Below, one piece after another: positions 26,285 to 32,000 of a stretch of DNA of 32,000 bases. The DNA is taken from NCBI RefSeq assembly GCF_000146505.1, contig NC_017448.1, forward strand, positions 1,410,001 through 1,442,000, read 5' to 3'. The translations under genes and the position numbers were made by a program. Every line of letters begins with the position of its first letter. The stretch's first letter is position 1. The stretch comes from Fibrobacter succinogenes subsp. succinogenes S85. Its GTDB lineage: Bacteria > Fibrobacterota > Fibrobacteria > Fibrobacterales > Fibrobacteraceae. The notes beneath the pieces are model-generated. The model was not told where the DNA came from. It ran no database searches and saw nothing but the letters and a program-made list of their open reading frames with translations.

Positions 26285-28969
26285 TTACACCTCTTCAATG
26301 CTTGCGTGATATTCCTGAAGAGATTTAACAGCGCCGTGTCCGTTCCTTGCAGCGGCAATACCCTTCACGGTGTTGTAGGCACCGGCGAGGGTTGTGATGT
26401 ACGGAACCTTGTACTTGATGGCGGCCTTACGGATAGCGCTTTCGTCCTTGATGGCGTCGCGCTTTGCCCACGGCGTGTTGATGATGAGGTTCACCTGCTT
26501 GTTCAGGATGATATCGAGAACGTTCGGGCGGCCTTCAGCAATCTTGTTCACCACTTCGCACTTGACACCGGCGGCTTCGTAGAACTTGGCGGTACCTTCG
26601 GTAGCGTAAATCTTGAAGCCGAGCTTCTGGAATTCCTTACCGATTTCAATCGCCTGTTCGGAGAGGTTCACCTTGTCAGAAAGGCTGATGAGCACAGCGC
26701 CTTCGGACGGGAGGAAGGAACCTGCAGCTTCCTGGCTCTTGTAGTAAGCGAGGGCGTAGTCGTCGGAAAGGCCGAGGACTTCACCAGTGGAGCGCATTTC
26801 GGGGCCGAGAACCGGGTCCACCTTCGGGAACTTGTCGAACGGGAACACAGCTTCCTTGGCACCGTGGTGGTTGAACTTCTTGTCCTTGAGCTTGAGGTCT
26901 TCGAGCTTGGCACCGAGCATCAAGCGGGTCGCGAGGCGAGCCATCTGCGTGTTACAGACCTTGGAGACCAGAGGCACCGTGCGGGAGGCACGCGGGTTGG
27001 CTTCGAGGACGAACACCTTGCCGTCTTCGATAGCGTACTGCATGTTCATGAGGCCGCAAACGTGGAGGGCTTCTGCAATCTTGCGCGTGTAATCCTTGAT
27101 GGTTGCGAGGTTTTCCTTCGTGATGGTCACCGGCGGGATAATGCAAGCGGAGTCACCGGAGTGGACACCGGCAAGTTCGACGTGTTCCATCACGGACGGG
27201 ATGTAAACGTGTTCGCCGTCGGAGAGGGCGTCGGCTTCGCATTCCAAAGCGTTGTGGAGGAAGCGGTCGATGAGGAGCGGACGATCCGGAGTCACGCCCA
27301 CGGCCTTCGCCACGTATTCGCGGAGCATGTTTTCATCGTAAATGACTTCCATGCCGCGGCCGCCAAGCACGAAGCTCGGGCGGATCATCACCGGGTAGCC
27401 GCCAATCTGCTTGACGCAAGCGAGGGCTTCGTCGATGTTCGTGGCCATGCCGCTTTCCGGCATCGGGATGCCGAGCTGGTCCATCATCTTGCGGAACAGG
27501 TCGCGGTCTTCGGCGATGTCGATGGAGTCGATGCTCGTGCCGAGAATCTTCACGCCTTCGTCGGAGAGCGCGCGGGCAATGTTCAGCGGAGTCTGGCCAC
27601 CGAACTGCACGATGACGCCAGCCGGCTTTTCCTTATGATAAATCTGGAGAACGTCTTCGAGGCTGACCGGTTCGAAGTACAGCTTGTCGGAAGTATCGTA
27701 GTCGGTAGAAACCGTTTCGGGGTTGCAGTTCACCATGATGGTTTCGTAACCCATTTCGCGGAGAGCCATGGCAGCGTGGCAGCAGCAGTAGTCGAATTCG
27801 ATACCCTGACCGATTCTGTTCGGGCCACCGCCGAGGATCATGATCTTCTTCGGGTTGTTGGAAGCGGTAGATTCGTCCTTGCAGTTGTAGGTGCTGTAGT
27901 AGTAGTACTGGTCCTTCACACCGCTCACCGGCACTGCGCACCAGCCTTCGACCACGCCGAGTTCCGTACGCTTCTTGCGCACGTCCTTTTCGCGGATGCC
28001 GAGGATCTTGGCGATGTACTTGTCGCTGAAGCCGTCCTTCTTGGCCTTGATGAGGAGTTCATCGGCCGGGAGACGGCCCGGAGTCTTGAGCATTTCTTCT
28101 TCGAGTTCCACGAGTTCGCGCATCTGCTGCACGAAGTAGGCCTTTTCGTAGGTGGCGGCGAAGATTTCTTCGTCGGTTGCGCCCTTACGGATAGCTTCGT
28201 ACATCTGGAAGTGGCGTTCGGAAGAAGCGGTCTTCATCATTTCAAGGAGTTCTTCCTTGCTCTTCTTGTTGAAGTCCTTCGCAAAGCCGAGGCCGGAACG
28301 ACCGTTTTCGAGGCCGCGAATAGCCTTCTGGAGGGTTTCCTTGTAGGTCTTGCCAATAGCCATGACTTCGCCCACAGCCTTCATCTGGGTGCCGAGGCAG
28401 TCATCGACGCCGCGGAACTTTTCGAATGCCCAGCGGGCGAACTTGAGCACCACGTAGTCACCGCTCGGGGTGTACTTTTCGAGGCTTCCATCGCGCCAGT
28501 ACGGAATCTGGTCGAGGGTAAGGCCTGCGGCGAGCTTTGCAGAAATGAGGGCGATCGGGAAGCCGGTAGCCTTGGAAGCAAGGGCGGAGGAGCGGCTGGT
28601 ACGCGGGTTGATTTCGATAATCACCACGCGGCCGGTCTTCGGGTCATGAGCGAACTGCACGTTGGTACCGCCAATCACGCCGATGGATTCCACAATCTTG
28701 AAGGCCTTTTCCTTCAGTTCTTTTTCGAGCTTCTTGTCGATGGTGAGGAACGGGGCTGCGCAGAAGGAGTCGCCGGTATGCACGCCCACCGGGTCGATGT
28801 TTTCGATGAAGCAGATGGCGATCATCTGGTTCTTGGAGTCACGCACGACTTCGACTTCGAGTTCTTCCCAACCGAGGATGGATTCTTCGATGAGGCACTG
28901 GTGCGTCATCGAGAGTTCAAGACCGTTACTGCAAATGGTGCGGAGTTCTTCCACGTTGTAGCAGAAGAT
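26285..28969 (-). CDS. carB: carbamoyl-phosphate synthase large subunit, 5'-truncated (lacks ~180 N-terminal codons)
   Basis: It is collinear with CarB from the ...YN-x-EE-L/F...GL-x-LS region to the C-terminal MGS-like domain (IENIDPVGVHTGDS, NPRTSRSSALASKATG, GGGPNRIGQGIEFDYCC, NPRASRTVP). The in-frame sequence upstream reads TAA-IFCYN-VEELRT. The stop at 28970-28972 ends the homology, and no frame further upstream resembles the CarB N-terminus. Confidence 0.88.
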   Translation of the reverse strand: MFCYNVEELRTICSNGLELSMTHQCLIEESILGWEELEVEVVRDSKNQMIAICFIENIDPVGVHTGDSFCAAPFLTIDKKLEKELKEKAFKIVESIGVIGGTNVQFAHDPKTGRVVIIEINPRTSRSSALASKATGFPIALISAKLAAGLTLDQIPYWRDGSLEKYTPSGDYVVLKFARWAFEKFRGVDDCLGTQMKAVGEVMAIGKTYKETLQKAIRGLENGRSGLGFAKDFNKKSKEELLEMMKTASSERHFQMYEAIRKGATDEEIFAATYEKAYFVQQMRELVELEEEMLKTPGRLPADELLIKAKKDGFSDKYIAKILGIREKDVRKKRTELGVVEGWCAVPVSGVKDQYYYYSTYNCKDESTASNNPKKIMILGGGPNRIGQGIEFDYCCCHAAMALREMGYETIMVNCNPETVSTDYDTSDKLYFEPVSLEDVLQIYHKEKPAGVIVQFGGQTPLNIARALSDEGVKILGTSIDSIDIAEDRDLFRKMMDQLGIPMPESGMATNIDEALACVKQIGGYPVMIRPSFVLGGRGMEVIYDENMLREYVAKAVGVTPDRPLLIDRFLHNALECEADALSDGEHVYIPSVMEHVELAGVHSGDSACIIPPVTITKENLATIKDYTRKIAEALHVCGLMNMQYAIEDGKVFVLEANPRASRTVPLVSKVCNTQMARLATRLMLGAKLEDLKLKDKKFNHHGAKEAVFPFDKFPKVDPVLGPEMRSTGEVLGLSDDYALAYYKSQEAAGSFLPSEGAVLISLSDKVNLSEQAIEIGKEFQKLGFKIYATEGTAKFYEAAGVKCEVVNKIAEGRPNVLDIILNKQVNLIINTPWAKRDAIKDESAIRKAAIKYKVPYITTLAGAYNTVKGIAAARNGHGAVKSLQEYHASIEEV

Positions 28970-28972
28970 TTA

Positions 28973-29105
28973 TTCGGGCGTTCCCCACTGGCGTGGGTCG
29001 GGCTATATTTTAGGGGCAGTTGCCGTCGCTTCGCTCGTCACCCGCCTCCTAAAACGGCACCACAGTGCCGCCCCAAGGGGTCACTATCCCTAACGCATTT
29101 TCAAC
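28973..29105. other. GC-rich hairpin-rich element of unknown nature at the carB/island junction
   Basis: Local stems are cccac-tggc-gtggg, ttttagggg...cctcctaaaa (9 bp enclosing ~30 nt) and cggcac-caca-gtgccg. No coding frame is open. The composition is unlike the AT-rich DNA that follows. Confidence 0.4.
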
Positions 29106-29125
29106 CACCTTAACTCGAATAGTTA

Positions 29126-29134
29126 TGATATAAT
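29126..29134 (+). promoter_or_regulatory. extended -10 box (TGATATAAT) upstream of the DprA-like gene
   Basis: A TGnTATAAT match lies ~145 nt upstream of ATG 29278; putative only. Confidence 0.3.
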
Positions 29135-29277
29135 GGAATTCATCAGAAGACAAACGATGAAGTTTTTTTTGCAATATCTGCGCCATAGTCTTTTTCTTTT
29201 TTTCTTACGATTTTTGTACGAAAAAAGATATATTTGTTTTTAGAAACCATAAGCCACATTTGCAACGGATTTTTTAC

Positions 29278-30126
29278 ATGAACACAAAAGAATACAAAGA
29301 ACTTTTGGCTTATGAATTTTTATGGAGCAAAGAGAATTCCACATTAAAAAAAATGTCTCTAACCCTCAACAACGGTTCACTTCTAGCTTCTGAAAAACTA
29401 AAAGAGGAAATGTTTTTTGATGATGCCGAATTATATGAAATTGATAATGCATTGAAAGAACGATCTAAAGCATTCTCCGTTCTCTTCAAAAACGATGAAC
29501 GTTTTCCTAAAGGTTTACTTAATGTCAAATACCCCTTAGGAATGTTCTATTACAAAGGAAACCTCGATCTCTTAAAAAATGTATGTGTATCAGTAGTCGG
29601 ATCAAGGCACGTGAGTCCTAAAGGAAAAATTAGAACCGAAAAACTTATTAAAGAACTTCATTCAAATACCACCATTGTTTCAGGTTTAGCAAAAGGTGTA
29701 GATACCGCGGCCTTAACTACAGCAATCAGCCTTGGGAAAAAAGTTATAGGAGTTATTGGAACCCCTATTGACCATTATTATCCAAAAGAGAATAAAGAAC
29801 TCCAAGATGAAATTGCAACCAATCATCTGCTCATCAGCCAAGTTCCCCTTTACAAATACGACAAGCAATCTTTTGTGACAAAAAAAATGTATTTCCCAGA
29901 ACGTAATGTTGTTATGGCTGCAATCTCAGATGCAACTATAATTGTAGAAGCGTCGGAAACAAGCGGAACACATTCCCAAGCGAAAGCCTGTTTTGACTTG
30001 GGAAAAAAATTGTTCATCCTCAATTCATGTTTTGAAAACCATGAAATTACTTGGCCAACAAAGTATCTAGAAAAAGGTGCAGTAAGGGTAAGGGCTATAA
30101 CTGATATAAAAATTCTTAAGGACTAG
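29278..30126 (+). CDS. DprA/Smf-like (SLOG/Rossmann-fold) protein
   Basis: VSVVGSRHVSPKG, VSGLAKGVDTAA, GTPIDHYYPKEN, FPERNVVMAAIS and VEASETSGTHSQA reproduce the DprA DNA_processg_A motif series. I took ATG 29278 rather than the TTG at 29260. Confidence 0.83.
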   Translation: MNTKEYKELLAYEFLWSKENSTLKKMSLTLNNGSLLASEKLKEEMFFDDAELYEIDNALKERSKAFSVLFKNDERFPKGLLNVKYPLGMFYYKGNLDLLKNVCVSVVGSRHVSPKGKIRTEKLIKELHSNTTIVSGLAKGVDTAALTTAISLGKKVIGVIGTPIDHYYPKENKELQDEIATNHLLISQVPLYKYDKQSFVTKKMYFPERNVVMAAISDATIIVEASETSGTHSQAKACFDLGKKLFILNSCFENHEITWPTKYLEKGAVRVRAITDIKILKD

Positions 30127-30132
30127 GGGGTT

Positions 30133-30756
30133 ATGCATATGGCGTGGGAAAAATTAAGCGGGACTTCAGTCGGTTTAGAAGATACAGATGAGATTTGGAG
30201 ATACGAAATATATTGCCCTGAAGAACGGGACGATTATTTCAGCGATTTACACAATTTAAAAAAATCTACCGATAAAAAAGAAAAATATGAGTGGCGCTAT
30301 AAAACAGAAGCAATTGCTAAATGTAGTGGATTCTTAAAAGAATTCCGATTTCAAGCGGAAAACCCTTTTATTATTCCGATGCCCCCGTCAAAGAAAAAAG
30401 GAACCCCAGAATATGACAATCGATTAGTGCAGATAATCAAAAAAGTGACAAATGTAACTTGTCTAGATATTTTTGATGTAAAGGAGAGCGTCGAAAGCAC
30501 TCACAAGCCAGAACAAACTAAAGATCTAATCGCAATACAGAACAATCTTGTGATGTCAACAACTGAAAAAATAGAAATACTGGATTTAGTGTATGTGCTA
30601 GATGATGTACTTACAACAGGAACTCATTTTAAAGCTATAAAAAATAAAATTTTGGAAATAAACCCGGACATCCGTGTTATTGGGTTATTTTTTTACAAAC
30701 CCGAAGGTCCCCTAGACTACTATAAATACCTTCGAGAAAACAATAAGAACGGGTAA
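30133..30756 (+). CDS. phosphoribosyltransferase (PRTase)-fold protein
   Basis: The PRPP-binding loop VYVLDDVLTTGTHF is near the C-terminus. The gene starts 6 nt after the DprA-like stop (alternative ATG at 30139). There is no ComFC-type CxxC zinc finger in the N-terminal half. Confidence 0.78.
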   Translation: MHMAWEKLSGTSVGLEDTDEIWRYEIYCPEERDDYFSDLHNLKKSTDKKEKYEWRYKTEAIAKCSGFLKEFRFQAENPFIIPMPPSKKKGTPEYDNRLVQIIKKVTNVTCLDIFDVKESVESTHKPEQTKDLIAIQNNLVMSTTEKIEILDLVYVLDDVLTTGTHFKAIKNKILEINPDIRVIGLFFYKPEGPLDYYKYLRENNKNG

Positions 30757-30912
30757 AGAAAGGCTGGTTTCATTACTGCACTGAAAGTGCAAGGATTTAA
30801 CCATTTATTGGACAATAAACTTATTTTTTTAGATTTTTGGCATTACCTTTCTGATCATTTCTTTTATAATATTTATCAATTTATTTATAGCATTTTCAAT
30901 TTCTTTATAGGA

Positions 30913-31506
30913 TTATTCTTTCGGGATTGGCATTGTAAGAACGGAGACTTCTATTCGATTCTTGTTAGAAAAAACGTTCACTCCCAAAACGATAATTTTT
31001 TCTTCAGTAATAAACAAACGTTCATCCGAAAAGAAAACAGGAATTTTTTCATTATGCCATTTTTTTCCACGATCTATACTGAAATACAAATAATGAAGTA
31101 ACGTAGAACCAGTCATTTGGAAATCGAAAATACCTACAATCAAACTATCCTTAACAAAAAAATCAGATGGTTTCATATATCTAGAGCGCCATAAGTGCCA
31201 CTTATTCGGAATAGAACAATATTTTTCATACTCATCTCCTGATTTATACAAAATTCGAACCTCATGCGTTGAAGTAGTTGTTTCATCATAACCGCAAACA
31301 ATCCAATTCCTATTATTTTGAGCATATCTTCTTTTAGGCCCACAAAGTCCACCAAAGTCTTCTGACGGAACGCTTTCTTTTTTTATTTGTCCTTTATTTT
31401 TCAAGTATTCTTTTCCTATTAAATAATCGGGAATGTACGAATCACTCTTCATATTAATATTAGTATATGTCATGTTCCATGTTTTGCCACCATCTTCAGT
31501 CCACAA
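30913..31506 (-). CDS. BNR/Asp-box repeat protein, C-terminal part of a frameshifted gene
   Basis: Asp-box motifs are TEDGGKTW and SIDRGKKW. There is no ATG start (the track uses TTG). The frame stays open upstream to 31539 and would join 31509-31823 after +1 nt in the A8 run. Confidence 0.6.
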   Translation of the reverse strand: MWTEDGGKTWNMTYTNINMKSDSYIPDYLIGKEYLKNKGQIKKESVPSEDFGGLCGPKRRYAQNNRNWIVCGYDETTTSTHEVRILYKSGDEYEKYCSIPNKWHLWRSRYMKPSDFFVKDSLIVGIFDFQMTGSTLLHYLYFSIDRGKKWHNEKIPVFFSDERLFITEEKIIVLGVNVFSNKNRIEVSVLTMPIPKE

Positions 31507-31508
31507 TG

Positions 31509-31802
31509 CTACAGGATCACCTTTTTTTTCAAGCTAGATTTTAAACTGGTAAATATAGCGAATGAACTTTCATTTTCTATTACAACTTTTCCAATATTTT
31601 CAAACACCCCACTAAAAACAAAGTCTTTTTTTTCAAAGGAACTCGAAAAACCTTCAGAAATCCATTCATCATCAAATTCTCCAAGTTTAAGCAAGCCCCA
31701 TAAAAGCAATGGACTAAAAAAAACTATAACAATAGGAATAAAACAACCGATTGTATAAAAAACACCAAATTTAGTAAATACAATTTTAAACAACTTATGC
31801 AT
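31509..31802 (-). CDS. membrane-anchored N-terminal part of the same split gene
   Basis: MHKLFKIVFTKFGVFYTIGCFIPIVIVFFSPLLLWGLL is a signal anchor. It ends ...SLKKKVIL* just after the A8 tract (T8 on the plus strand, 31522-31529). Confidence 0.5.
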   Translation of the reverse strand: MHKLFKIVFTKFGVFYTIGCFIPIVIVFFSPLLLWGLLKLGEFDDEWISEGFSSSFEKKDFVFSGVFENIGKVVIENESSFAIFTSLKSSLKKKVIL

Positions 31803-31838
31803 ATTAATTTCTGACACAAACAAAGTCTCAGCAAAAAA

Positions 31839-32000
31839 TCATCTCCCAAACATCCTTAATTGTGTTTTCACCTGCCGCGAAATAGCATCTTGTAAGAAAT
31901 TATCATACATTCCTTTAATCTCCCTCGCATAAGAATCAACATAACATTCCTTAATTACTGATAGAGCCTGCTCTCTGCCTTCCCAAAGGTCAGGTTTATC
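31839..32000 (-). CDS. hypothetical protein, C-terminal 53 codons (N-terminus beyond the window end)
   Basis: The minus-strand frame is open from 32000 to TGA at 31839-31841 (..DKPDLWEGREQALSVIKECYVDSYAREIKGMYDNFLQDAISRQVKTQLRMFGR*). I recognise no domain. Confidence 0.35.
   Translation of the reverse strand, partial: DKPDLWEGREQALSVIKECYVDSYAREIKGMYDNFLQDAISRQVKTQLRMFGR

Noticed and set aside
28973-29105. Group II intron 3' end, retron msr/msd or tRNA/tmRNA-derived att site as the identity of the junction element
   Set aside because: I could not find a domain V-like 34-nt hairpin with an AGC triad, a T-arm (GGTTCGAnnCC), flanking a1/a2 inverted repeats, or any reverse-transcriptase or integrase gene in the window. 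It is kept only as an unassigned structured element.
26306-29113. 935-aa ORF on the plus strand
   Set aside because: It is exactly antisense to carB, has low-complexity Val/Ala/Gly/His-rich content and no motifs. It is a typical shadow ORF of a gene with GC-rich third positions. The same applies to 1663-2784, 2821-3753, 4102-4767, 4786-5328, 6305-6880, 9805-10320, 10414-10950, 11435-12778, 13148-13717, 14216-14650, 18344-19402, 19421-20476 and the His/Val-rich antisense ORFs inside the BspA-like genes.
29278-30756. Interpreting the DprA-like and PRTase-like genes as the ordinary competence genes dprA and comFC
   Set aside because: The composition is foreign. The PRTase lacks the ComFC zinc finger. 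The DprA-like protein is short with an unrelated N-terminus. The pair sits at a disrupted core gene. I cannot fully exclude this reading without a genome-wide search for the housekeeping copies.
30787-31101. 104-aa plus-strand ORF after the PRTase gene
   Set aside because: It is Phe/Ile/Asn-rich low-complexity sequence in AT-rich DNA, largely antisense to the BNR/Asp-box ORF, with no RBS.

Overview
The window looks like a Fibrobacter-type (Fibrobacterota) chromosomal segment. That assignment is an inference from two paralogous families I recall as Fibrobacter-specific, TIGR02147-like and TIGR02171-like. Core genes are maeB, an M16 zinc peptidase, the infC-rpmI-rplT operon, tRNA-Gly(UCC), a TrmA/RlmD-type RNA methyltransferase, an MFS transporter and carB. 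Several accessory blocks are interleaved with them. (1) Two inverted copies of a translationally coupled 'TIGR02147-like HTH protein + lipoprotein' cassette lie at 1-1354 and 16311-18123. (2) A BrnT/BrnA toxin-antitoxin pair sits in an AT-rich islet beside the tRNA. (3) A membrane diguanylate cyclase is split by a single in-frame TAG. (4) A co-directional 8-kb block (18.3-26.2 kb) holds a double-AAA+ ATPase, a modular array of signal-peptide-less DUF285/BspA-type repeat proteins, and a three-gene membrane/LAS-peptidase operon. A ~45-bp direct repeat of carB's terminator brackets the 20.7-26.2 kb part of this block. (5) carB homology stops abruptly about 180 codons short of its N-terminus at ~28969. 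It abuts a GC-rich ~130-nt hairpin-rich element, then a strongly AT-rich island (29.1 kb to the window end). That island carries a tightly linked DprA/SLOG-like + PRTase-like gene pair, which resembles the mechanistically unexplained 'DprA-PRTase' anti-phage pair. It also carries a BNR/Asp-box protein split at an A8 homopolymer. No CRISPR array, rRNA, transposase or integrase is visible.
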